This document shows, in pieces, positions 1 through 7,228 of a DNA stretch of 11,816 nt. Position numbers and translations under genes: made by a program. The number at the start of each line of letters is the position of its first letter. Positions within the stretch are counted from its first letter, which is position 1. A model generated the notes under the pieces. It saw only the letters and a list, made by a program, of their open reading frames with translations, was not told where the DNA came from and did not search any database. The stretch lies in the NCBI GenBank assembly GCA_031370005.1, contig JANMPT010000048.1:1-11816 (forward strand), in the 5' to 3' direction. Source of the stretch: Bdellovibrionales bacterium. Lineage in GTDB: Bacteria; Bdellovibrionota; Bdellovibrionia; Bdellovibrionales; Bdellovibrionaceae.

Positions 1-99
1 TATTTGGGCTATAGACAGGCCCTCAACCACATATTTTTGGTGGAGGAACTCTTTGTTTTTAAAAAGCGGTCTATGGACAAAGGGAACAAAATCAGACAC
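1..99 (-). CDS. 5' part of a probable HTH-containing / small recombinase-associated protein, running off the left edge (start uncertain)
   Basis: Manual translation: the minus frame is open from 189 to 1 and reads ...EQEFPPLEVSDFVPFVHRPLFKNKEFLHQKYVVEGLSIAQI. 'FLHQKYVVEGLSIAQI' looks like the entry into an HTH motif (LxxxYxxxGLSxxQIA). Candidate GTG start at 99. Not in the ORF track. Confidence 0.45.
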   Translation of the reverse strand, partial: MSDFVPFVHRPLFKNKEFLHQKYVVEGLSIAQI

Positions 100-210
100 T
101 TCCAGTGGAGGAAACTCTTGTTCTGACTGAGAAGTTAATGCTCCGCCATTTTTTTCTAAACATCTGACATAATTGAGTTTTTTTAAAATTTAAAAGCTTC
201 GCTTTATTCA

Positions 211-239
211 TTTCAACTTATTCCGATATATGGTATAAC
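211..239 (+). promoter_or_regulatory. Putative higBA promoter with overlapping imperfect palindrome (likely HigA operator)
   Basis: TTTCAA (211-216), 17 nt, TATAAC (234-239) preceded by TGn (extended -10). Imperfect inverted repeat TTATTCC-gatatat-GGTATAA at 218-238. The GTG start at 246 lies 7 nt after the -10. Confidence 0.55.
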
Positions 240-245
240 AGTATA

Positions 246-536
246 GTGATTAAAAACATAAAGGGCAAAGCAACTCAAGATATATTCGATGGGACAAACA
301 GCAAGGCTGGCCGTAAAGTTCCGAATGAACTTCACGAGCGAGCAAGAGATCTACTCGATGCAATTAATGCGATAACAAGAGTAGATGATTTGAAGTCTCC
401 ACCGAGTAATAGATTGCACAAGCTCAAAGGGAATCTTAAAGATTTTTGGAGTGTTAGCATCAATGATCAGTGGAGAATTATTTTTAAGTGGGATGAAAAA
501 AATGCTACTGATGTTGAAATAATAGATTACCACTAG
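246..536 (+). CDS. higB: HigB-family (RelE/ParE superfamily) mRNA interferase toxin
   Basis: 96 aa basic protein with hallmark DLKSPPSNRLHKLKG, WSVSINDQWRIIFKW and C-terminal DYH. It lies upstream of an HTH antitoxin (toxin-first order). Confidence 0.95.
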   Translation: MIKNIKGKATQDIFDGTNSKAGRKVPNELHERARDLLDAINAITRVDDLKSPPSNRLHKLKGNLKDFWSVSINDQWRIIFKWDEKNATDVEIIDYH

Positions 537-548
537 GGAGTATGGCAT

Positions 549-833
549 ATGAGACCAAAAAATAGAGCACCAAGGCATCCAGGCGAAATCCTACAACGTG
601 TATTTCTTGAAGACATGGGTATTACTCAATCTAGTCTTGCCAACCATTTAAAGTGGAAGCCTGGAAAGATAAATGAGATTGTGAATAAGAAGCGTGGTAT
701 TACTGCAGAAACGGCACTCGCTTTGGCTGATGCATTGAAAACAACTCCTGAGTTTTGGCTGAATCTCCAATCTAATTATGATCTTTGGCAAGCTGAACAG
801 AAGCATACGAAAGTTTCTGCGATAAGTGCTTAA
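549..833 (+). CDS. higA: HigA-family XRE-HTH antitoxin
   Basis: HPGEIL, HTH (ITQSSLANHL...INEIVNKKRGITAETA) and TTPEFWLNLQSNYDL motifs. RBS GGGAG at 536-540; 12 nt after the higB stop. Confidence 0.95.
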   Translation: MRPKNRAPRHPGEILQRVFLEDMGITQSSLANHLKWKPGKINEIVNKKRGITAETALALADALKTTPEFWLNLQSNYDLWQAEQKHTKVSAISA

Positions 834-936
834 CTAATTCCCAGGAACTGAATCAGGCAAAGGATTGGGTTTAACGGTTTTTTCCTAACGGGACTTGAAC
901 TTTTGGAAAATAATTTGATAGAAGGAGAGTTAAGAA

Positions 937-1227
937 TTGAAAAAATCTTCGATCGCAAGCTGGCTAATAATTTTTTTTCCATTTTATTTCGTGATACCGA
1001 TCGGTATTCTAGGTCCTATCGCAGACGCAAGTTCACCTTTAACTTGGGTCGGGTTGATTTTGGCAATTCTAGGTTGGATCTTTTTAGTAAGATCGAAATG
1101 GCCAAATATAAAAAAGTTCGAACTGATGCGCTTGGTCCAAAATACCTACCACCTAAAGAATTCGGCTGGTGTTGAAGCTATGAATTTTTTAGATTTTTGG
1201 TTTACGGTTCTGACATTGTCTAACTAA
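937..1227 (+). CDS. Small hypothetical membrane protein, possibly frameshifted or degraded
   Basis: TTG start after GAAGGAGAG. Two hydrophobic segments (WLIIFFPFYFVIPIGILG; LTWVGLILAILGWIFLV) followed by a basic stretch. The C-terminal frame is ambiguous. Confidence 0.45.
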   Translation: MKKSSIASWLIIFFPFYFVIPIGILGPIADASSPLTWVGLILAILGWIFLVRSKWPNIKKFELMRLVQNTYHLKNSAGVEAMNFLDFWFTVLTLSN

Positions 1228-1239
1228 TGAATTTCTAAT

Positions 1240-1270
1240 AAAAAACGGCCTATTAATTTAAAATAAGCCG
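1240..1270 (-). terminator. Rho-independent terminator (minus strand; possibly bidirectional)
   Basis: Minus strand reads CGGCTTATT-ttaaatt-AATAGGCCG-TTTTTT: a 9-bp stem with one G-U pair followed by a U-run, between convergent ORFs. Confidence 0.65.
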
Positions 1271-1321
1271 CTTTGTTATCTTTAGAATTTGGGTTGAGAT
1301 CTTATTCTTGAATAAAATAAA

Positions 1322-1496
1322 TTATTTTAAATTCAAATTTTTAATATCAACAATGAATTTTTCTGTGTGTTTGTTGCATAGAACATTGAGTGTTTGATCT
1401 TCTAGATCAAAGCTTCCCGTGCATGTGCCACTTAAGCTTTTTCCTTTAATCATTAACTGATCTACTTCAACTGCAATATCTCCTAATGCTTGATCT
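1322..1496 (-). pseudogene. Possible 3' remnant of an unidentified gene (distal part of track ORF 1322..1606)
   Basis: Open frame DQALGDIAVEVDQLMIKGKSLSGTCTGSFDLEDQTLNVLCNKHTEKFIVDIKNLNLK*, followed by a terminator. There is no good start/RBS, and the ORF's 5' part overlaps the katG-like relic in another frame. Confidence 0.3.
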
Positions 1497-1562
1497 TTAG
1501 GTGTGCACCCCCGGCTGCGAGCCGGCAGAGTGATTGAATGGGCATTTTGCTTCAGTTGACAT
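1497..1562 (-). pseudogene. katG: 5' relic resembling the catalase-peroxidase KatG N-terminus (21 codons)
   Basis: GGAGA RBS plus ATG at 1562 gives MSTEAKCPFNHSAGSQPGVHT*. The first 14 aa match the MSxExKCPFxHxAG start I recall from proteobacterial KatG; the expected NxDWWP does not follow. Confidence 0.6.
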
Positions 1563-1853
1563 ATATTTCTCCATTGACAGTTTGAATCCAGTGTCTCGGT
1601 CCGCACTGGTTGAAGACTAGCTTTTTTTCATCTTCTTGGGTTCATAGTTATCATTCAAACTTACTCAGTACCATTTGATTATTCACACAAAAAAATAAAC
1701 TATTTGGTTAGTAGAATGTTGCACTGGAAAAGTTGAATTCAGCTTGGCGCATAGGAGCAGTCTAACAAAGTTCAGGCTAAAATACTCGTCATTTTCGGAC
1801 ATCAACATAACTGTATAATAAACTGTCAAAGCAGAAATTAAAGTTTAGGGTCG

Positions 1854-2594
1854 TTAAATACTTTTAACGGCACTGCCAAGGTACGAAAGCGCCAAACTCT
1901 TCGTTAACTTAAAACGTAAACTTTTCGGCACCAGTCCAGAAAAAATATTCTGGATTGGGATACTTGAAAACACTGGCTTTATTCCAACCATATTTTCCGG
2001 CAACAAACCAGCTTGCAAACAATAAGTCTTCAATTCGGCGGGCTTGATAAAAAGATGCAGCACATGCATATCTTTTGGCGTATTCTTTACGAACCACACG
2101 ACGAATTTTATTATGATCAGATAGGCCAAAAGATTTCTGTTAAATGTGTGAAATATAAACAAACCATTCGGCTTTAACACGCGCGAAAATTCTTTAATCA
2201 CATCTGCTGGCCGATCCACATGCTCTAAAAAATCTAAGGAGGTAACAACATCAAAACTTTGATCCGCAAACGGTAGCCGGTACGCATCGGCCGTTTGGTA
2301 ATGAACTTTCTTTGTAACATCGTACTCGGCAGCTACACGAAGGCTATCAGGCGATAGATCGACTCCGGTGACTTGAAGATTTTGCTTTGCTAGCTCATTA
2401 CTTAAGAATCCGGCGCCGCAGCCGACGTCTAATACCTTCGTCGATGCGCTTAATAATCCGTGCTGACTAATTTTTTCTAGTATCCAAGGTGTCTTCGTTT
2501 TCGACTCGGCTCGTAGCAATGCGATTGGGTCGTCATCGGCCTCATACCAGCGATTTCCATACAAGTTATAAATATCATTGTTGACTTTTTTCAC
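1854..2594 (-). CDS. ubiG: UbiG-like SAM-dependent O-methyltransferase
   Basis: Motif I VLDVGCGAG, VTGVDLS, FDVVTSLDFLEHV, LKPNGLFIFHTFNRN (cf. UbiG STINR) and FIKPAEL. The GTG start overlaps the upstream gene by 20 nt. May be a pathway-specific paralogue rather than housekeeping ubiG. Confidence 0.85.
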   Translation of the reverse strand: MKKVNNDIYNLYGNRWYEADDDPIALLRAESKTKTPWILEKISQHGLLSASTKVLDVGCGAGFLSNELAKQNLQVTGVDLSPDSLRVAAEYDVTKKVHYQTADAYRLPFADQSFDVVTSLDFLEHVDRPADVIKEFSRVLKPNGLFIFHTFNRNLLAYLIIIKFVVWFVKNTPKDMHVLHLFIKPAELKTYCLQAGLLPENMVGIKPVFSSIPIQNIFSGLVPKSLRFKLTKSLALSYLGSAVKSI

Positions 2595-3021
2595 GCAGAC
2601 TCCAGTAGATGACTTGATAGATCATAAAAATAATTAGCGCAAATGATTGCCCTACTAAAAGATCTAAATGTATTTGCCGCATCCACATTAAGCCGCCCAT
2701 AAAAAAAACGACAGGGTGTAAGATAAATAAGGATGAGTGCAACCAGTGTTCGCCGCCCGCACATTTTTTAGCATGGATAAATTCATCTTTAGTGATGAAT
2801 AAAGAAGAAAAAATACAGAGACCAATATAGATTTTTAAATTCATTTCAGTGGGGACATAAAAAACTAAAAAAGCAAAACACGCTAAGACCGACAAAGTAT
2901 CTAAGGGATGGCCGATGCGTTCCCATGCCGGAAGCCCACGTCGGTGATGAAAATAGAATTCATCAAAAAACATTAAAATTCCCTGTAAAAAAAAAGGCGC
3001 AATTAAAAAAATCACTAGCAT
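2575..3021 (-). CDS. Uncharacterised ~4-TM membrane protein with duplicated DE..H / ExxxH motifs (putative di-metal enzyme)
   Basis: 148 aa with alternating hydrophobic helices and DEFYFHH...ERIGHP and DEFIH...EHWLH. Its ATG overlaps the PKS stop (ATGCTAG, 7-nt overlap). Confidence 0.85.
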   Translation of the reverse strand: MLVIFLIAPFFLQGILMFFDEFYFHHRRGLPAWERIGHPLDTLSVLACFAFLVFYVPTEMNLKIYIGLCIFSSLFITKDEFIHAKKCAGGEHWLHSSLFILHPVVFFMGGLMWMRQIHLDLLVGQSFALIIFMIYQVIYWSLREKSQQ

Positions 3022-4136
3022 ACCTCAAAAACCGCACCAAATAGGGTCAATCCCGGGCCGAAAGCGTAACTGATCACTTTCGTTCCAATCGGATAATTCC
3101 GATTTAAAATCTCATCCCAAACGTGCGGCAAAGTGGCGGATGACATATTCCCTCGCTCAAATAAAATCTTTCTGCTTTCAGAAATTTGACTTTCACTCAG
3201 TTCTAGAACTTCCATGACCGAATCGATAATCTTAGGTCCACCGGGATGCACGGCGTAAACTGAATTCATCGCCTCAGTTAAACTTAAACCAGCCTTTTTG
3301 AAAAGTTCATTTGAAAACTGTTTTAGTTCTGCTTTGATTTTAGTAGGAACATTGCGCGATAGGTTCATTTGCATACCCCAAGGAGCGGGTATCCAGCTCA
3401 TATCGTCTTGCGAATTAGGCACAAGCTTTTCTAGCAAAGCTATAATTTTTAGATTTTTTGAATTCACTTCTGGCTTTGATGTGGCTGTGTACTTGACGTG
3501 TCCGTCGGCAAATAAAGTTTGCACCACCATTTGCTCGGGCGTATGCACTTTTGGATTCATATGCAGACCGCACATTTCAGTGTGAACAATATCAGTCTGT
3601 TGATTTTCAGAGATAACGAAGCTTTTTGCCATTCTGACAGCAGGAAGGGCCGCATAGCAGCCCATATGATATGCATGCGTCACATCTGTTTTGTGACCCC
3701 AAAGTGTTTCGGTCACTATTTTTTGAGCCGCACTTGGGGATATATATCCCGTGCAACTGACGTGAATCAAATGATCTGGCCGAGACGACTTTTGTTTCAC
3801 ATCATAAAATTGATTAAAGACTTCATAAGCTCTATCCGAAAAAAAAAGAGTGCGTTCGTAAATAGACTTTCCGCTTTGTTGGTTTGGAATGACCTGATAA
3901 ATTTCGTTCTGACTATAGTCAGTCGATAGAATGTCGTCGCACTCTAAAAAACGCTGGGAAATTTGTTCTGGCCGAATGGCATACCTTTCAAGTAGTTTTT
4001 GAATCGTGTACTGAGTTCGCAAATTTTCTGACTCTGTGGCCTGATGACAGAGCACAATCCATTCAAGCAAATTACTTTGGCTAATTCTGTTTTTAGGCAA
4101 AACAACTTTGAACTGGTTTAAATAAACGGCAGTCAT
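3015..4136 (-). CDS. Type III polyketide synthase (chalcone/stilbene synthase family)
   Basis: Catalytic triad C160 (HMGCYAA), H297 (AVHPGG), N330 (GNMSSA), plus HVSCTG, TEMCGLH, LFADG and AFGPGLT. Strong RBS AGAGGAGGA at 4141-4149 (minus). Confidence 0.95.
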   Translation of the reverse strand: MTAVYLNQFKVVLPKNRISQSNLLEWIVLCHQATESENLRTQYTIQKLLERYAIRPEQISQRFLECDDILSTDYSQNEIYQVIPNQQSGKSIYERTLFFSDRAYEVFNQFYDVKQKSSRPDHLIHVSCTGYISPSAAQKIVTETLWGHKTDVTHAYHMGCYAALPAVRMAKSFVISENQQTDIVHTEMCGLHMNPKVHTPEQMVVQTLFADGHVKYTATSKPEVNSKNLKIIALLEKLVPNSQDDMSWIPAPWGMQMNLSRNVPTKIKAELKQFSNELFKKAGLSLTEAMNSVYAVHPGGPKIIDSVMEVLELSESQISESRKILFERGNMSSATLPHVWDEILNRNYPIGTKVISYAFGPGLTLFGAVFEVC

Positions 4137-4594
4137 GATGTCCTCCTCTTACCACATTGCTATAGACTGTTCGGACAGTACGCCGCGACCTGCTCGAAGT
4201 CTACGTGTGTGTCCCAAAAGATGCTTAGTGATGGAATTAACAAATGCCAATCCACAATATTATCACAGGGAACTGTCGTTTTTGCTCTCAGAAAATAGCT
4301 TTACTAGTTCTTATGTCAAAAGTTGAAATTAAACATAGTTACTCATTTTTCAGTCGAAAAGGTCTTTGCTTCTTTTCGCGCTGTTCGAATTGCAGAACTC
4401 AACTGCCACTTCTGTCAAATCACCATTGCCATATAGGTGTTGAGCCCTGTCCGTTTGTAATATTCATGTTTATTTACACATCTAAGTTTCAAGGTTTCTC
4501 GGAACTGTGTTATATGTCTTTATGTGCATAATCTAGTGTCCAACCTACTTAGACGTGCGATATAAATGAATATGTAAGAATAAATTGGGGATTT

Positions 4595-5740
4595 ATGCTT
4601 TACGAATTTCTGCTTGAAAATGAAAAAGAAATACTTGCCATGACAGAGAAAGCTTCGGTGGATTTGGCAGGTGTTCGAACATCATCGGAGCGGCTCAAAA
4701 GTGGACTCCCGATTTTTTTTGATCAACTGCTTGAGGTCCTCAGGCTTGAGGCTTTTATGCCAAACATTAATCCTAAAAAAGAAAAGTCGAAGATGCAAAT
4801 TGCGGCAACAGAAAATGACGAAGAGGCAATGGCTGTGGCCGCTGGGAGGCCTGAAGAAGCGGGTCTCGCCCATACAGCCGGAACCCATGGGAAAGAATTA
4901 CTTCGCCTTGGCTACACGCTTTCTCATGTAGTTCACGCATATGGCTCTATCTGCCAATCAATTACAGAACTTGCTAATCAGAAGAACGTCAGCATTACGT
5001 CAAGGGAATTTCATCACTTAAACCGCTGCTTAGATGTCGCAATAGCAGGAGCTGTAACAGAATTTCAGTCACAAAAAAATTCTCGCGAAAGTGATAGGGA
5101 AGTCAAACATCTTGGATTTTTGGCGCATGAACTGCGAAATGCACTTGGGACCGTAACTATGTCTCTTGATATAATAAAAAAAGGCACAGTCGGATTTAAT
5201 GGCAGTACGGGTCATGTGCTTGAGCGAGGCCTAAAGCGGATTGAACAGCTCATCCAACGATCCCTGACTGAGGTTAGGTTGCGTGTGGATCCAGAAGTCT
5301 ATCCTGAGACTTTAAACCTTCTGAATCTTGTGGATCAAATTGTTGTAACTGCTGGCATTGAAGCACAAGCTAAAAAACAAATTCTAGAAATTCAAATAGA
5401 TTCCAGCTTAGATTTTACTGCTGACCAACAACTTATCTATTCTGCGATATCTAATCTTATTCAAAATGCTATTAAGTATACTCGACCCGGCGGAAAAATT
5501 ATTATACGGGGCTTTTCGAAGAAAGAAAATATTGTGCTTGAGGTGGAAGACGAATGCGGGGGCTTGGCAAACAAAAAAATTGACTTATTTAAGCCCTTTG
5601 AACAGCAGAATGAAAATCGTGAAGGACTTGGATTGGGACTTACCATAGCCCAACAGGCTGTTAAATTGAATCGCGGCTCCATTCAAGTTTCTGACGTTCC
5701 TAGCAAGGGATGTATTTTCACGATCAGCCTGCCAAAATAA
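4595..5740 (+). CDS. Cytoplasmic sensor histidine kinase (helical RsbRD_N-like input domain + HisKA + HATPase_c)
   Basis: H-box FLAHELRNAL (H178), N-box NLIQNAIKYT, G1 VEDECGG, F-box LFKPF, G2 GLGLGL. No TM segments. Confidence 0.92.
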   Translation: MLYEFLLENEKEILAMTEKASVDLAGVRTSSERLKSGLPIFFDQLLEVLRLEAFMPNINPKKEKSKMQIAATENDEEAMAVAAGRPEEAGLAHTAGTHGKELLRLGYTLSHVVHAYGSICQSITELANQKNVSITSREFHHLNRCLDVAIAGAVTEFQSQKNSRESDREVKHLGFLAHELRNALGTVTMSLDIIKKGTVGFNGSTGHVLERGLKRIEQLIQRSLTEVRLRVDPEVYPETLNLLNLVDQIVVTAGIEAQAKKQILEIQIDSSLDFTADQQLIYSAISNLIQNAIKYTRPGGKIIIRGFSKKENIVLEVEDECGGLANKKIDLFKPFEQQNENREGLGLGLTIAQQAVKLNRGSIQVSDVPSKGCIFTISLPK

Positions 5741-5842
5741 TCTAATCACTGATGATATACATACCAGGTATCCTTATTTATTCCACGGGACGTGGAGATA
5801 TTTTTATGAAGCTTATTGTATTGTTTTTTCGAGGAGGTTTTT

Positions 5843-6217
5843 ATGTTTAAAAAGGAAATTATTATTGCAGTAACAGTGGCTTTCAGTGGAGCAGCTTTTG
5901 CCGCTCCCTATAGGTCTGACAATACAAAGGTAAACAAGAGGGATGCTAAAGGATCCACCTTGACCCCAGGAGATCAGTCCAATGGTTCTGCCAAGGATAT
6001 CGAGCTGACTCGAATCATTCGTCAAGAAATTGTCACTGACAAGTCTCTTTCAACGAATGGTGAGAACATTAAAGTCATAACTATCAATGGAGTTGTCACA
6101 CTCAGAGGGCCTGTCGATAATCAACAAGAAAAACAGCACATTGATTTAATGGTAAAGAAAGTTGCTGGAGTCAAAAAAGTGAACAGCCAGTTGGAAGTTA
6201 AAACAAAGACATATTAG
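5843..6217 (+). CDS. Secreted single BON-domain (OsmY-like) protein
   Basis: RBS GAGGAGG at 5831-5837 favours ATG 5843 over the track start 5816. Signal peptide ends in AAFA. BON signature NIKVITINGVVTLRGPV...VAGVKKVNSQLEV. Confidence 0.92.
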   Translation: MFKKEIIIAVTVAFSGAAFAAPYRSDNTKVNKRDAKGSTLTPGDQSNGSAKDIELTRIIRQEIVTDKSLSTNGENIKVITINGVVTLRGPVDNQQEKQHIDLMVKKVAGVKKVNSQLEVKTKTY

Positions 6218-6325
6218 AGACAATATTATATTAAGCACTCTGATCTGCAAAAAATGAGCTATAAAGATCTTAAAAATTAGTGAAGCTAACGATATCGGAT
6301 TTAAGCACAAAAAAAGGAGTAACGG

Positions 6326-6484
6326 ATGGGCATGGGAACAATTTTACTGATAATTTTGGTCTTAATCCTCATTGGAGCATTGCCGACTTGGCCCCACAGT
6401 AAAAGCTGGGGCTACGGTCCTAGCGGCATTACTGGACTCATTGTAGTGGTCTTACTTATCTTATTACTAACGGGACGTTTATAA
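6326..6484 (+). CDS. DUF3309-family small membrane protein (52 aa)
   Basis: Not in the ORF track. RBS AAGGAG, then MGMGTILLIILVLILIGALPTWPHSKSWGYGPSGITGLIVVVLLILLLTGRL*, with the LPTWPHSxxWGYGPSG family signature. Confidence 0.92.
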   Translation: MGMGTILLIILVLILIGALPTWPHSKSWGYGPSGITGLIVVVLLILLLTGRL

Positions 6485-6507
6485 TATTTAACTAGAATAT
6501 TCTCGTA

Positions 6508-7149
6508 CTAAATCAGCTTTTCTTTAGGCGGATGAATCTGACGGAGTCCAATATGGATTTGCTTAAGTTGCTTGGCATGTATCTTCATATGATATCCGGC
6601 GAACCAAATCCATTGCACATGTGTTAAATTTCCAAACCAAGGATGTGGAATGAGTCGGCTGCTGAGATCCTGTTCGGATTGCCATTGGGCTGCCTTCTGA
6701 ATCCTTTCGACTGAATGTTGAAATATTTCGATTTCTTGAATTATATTTTTCTCCGCTTCGGGTTTAACTGCTTTTAAGCGGTCCCTGGGATTGTATTTGG
6801 GTCCCCGCTTTGCTGTAAATCCGCTCTCGATAGCTTTTGCTAATGCGCCATTTACTTTTCCCAAGTGATTGCATAACATCGCGGCCGACCAGTAGCGCGA
6901 ACTATCTTCGACAAAGTAAGGACGCTTTACTAGAATTCGCTTTGTTAAATCCTCTGCTTTGAACTCTCGGATGTGGGCAGTGATTTCATCGCGCCCCTCC
7001 CTTAGGCTACGTAACGCCTCTGCTTTATCTAGTCGCTTCATAATGAAGGGCTTAATGAAAAGATATAAGAAAAGCCTTTCAAATAAGCTAATCCCGGCTC
7101 CTGGCTTTGCCAGTTTGGGCTCTGAACTTAGACCTGTTTTATTATCCAT
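6508..7149 (-). CDS. DinB/YfiT-like superfamily protein
   Basis: WSAAMLCNHL and HPWFGNLTHVQWIWFAGYHMKIHAKQL (His ... HxxxH metal triad). GGAG RBS precedes ATG 7149 (MDNKTG...), preferred over the track start 7188. Confidence 0.85.
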   Translation of the reverse strand: MDNKTGLSSEPKLAKPGAGISLFERLFLYLFIKPFIMKRLDKAEALRSLREGRDEITAHIREFKAEDLTKRILVKRPYFVEDSSRYWSAAMLCNHLGKVNGALAKAIESGFTAKRGPKYNPRDRLKAVKPEAEKNIIQEIEIFQHSVERIQKAAQWQSEQDLSSRLIPHPWFGNLTHVQWIWFAGYHMKIHAKQLKQIHIGLRQIHPPKEKLI

Positions 7150-7228
7150 TCTGATCTCCAATGCAAAAAAACCTGATTTCATCAACAACAGTTTGGTTCG
7201 AAAGAATCAGATTGTGGCCAAGGGCATT

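Noticed and set aside
40..122. Imperfect 18-nt direct repeat GTGGAGGAA(A)CTCTT(T)GTT at 40-57 and 105-122 as a CRISPR array
   Set aside because: Only two short imperfect copies, lying within a probable coding frame, with no cas genes in the window.
100..155. tRNA gene ending in CTCCGCCA
   Set aside because: No T-arm GTTCRA motif or cloverleaf upstream; kept only as a possible att core.
1322..1606. 94-aa track ORF as a complete real gene
   Set aside because: GTG start without an RBS; the 5' third is better explained by the katG-like relic in another frame, which has a strong RBS.
3298..3929. Plus-strand ORFs 3298..3585 and 3519..3929, and similar shadow ORFs (351..578, 1909..2097, 4671..4931, 4682..4888, 5461..5682, 5466..5648, 5813..6025, 6959..7282, 7369..7593, 8409..8618, 8546..8788, 9870..10094, 10715..11023, 11344..11583)
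   Set aside because: Antisense or out-of-frame overlaps of well-supported genes, with no recognisable motifs.
3015..4136. FabH (KAS III) annotation for the condensing enzyme
   Set aside because: HPGG, GNMSS, MGC and FGPG are type III PKS motifs; FabH has HQAN, GNTS and AAC.
4135..4531. ORFs 4135..4326 and 4244..4531 in the PKS-kinase spacer, including a Cys-rich peptide as a possible RiPP precursor or zinc finger
   Set aside because: No convincing RBS, Cys/Phe/Ser-rich composition typical of non-coding frames, and no modifying enzymes nearby.
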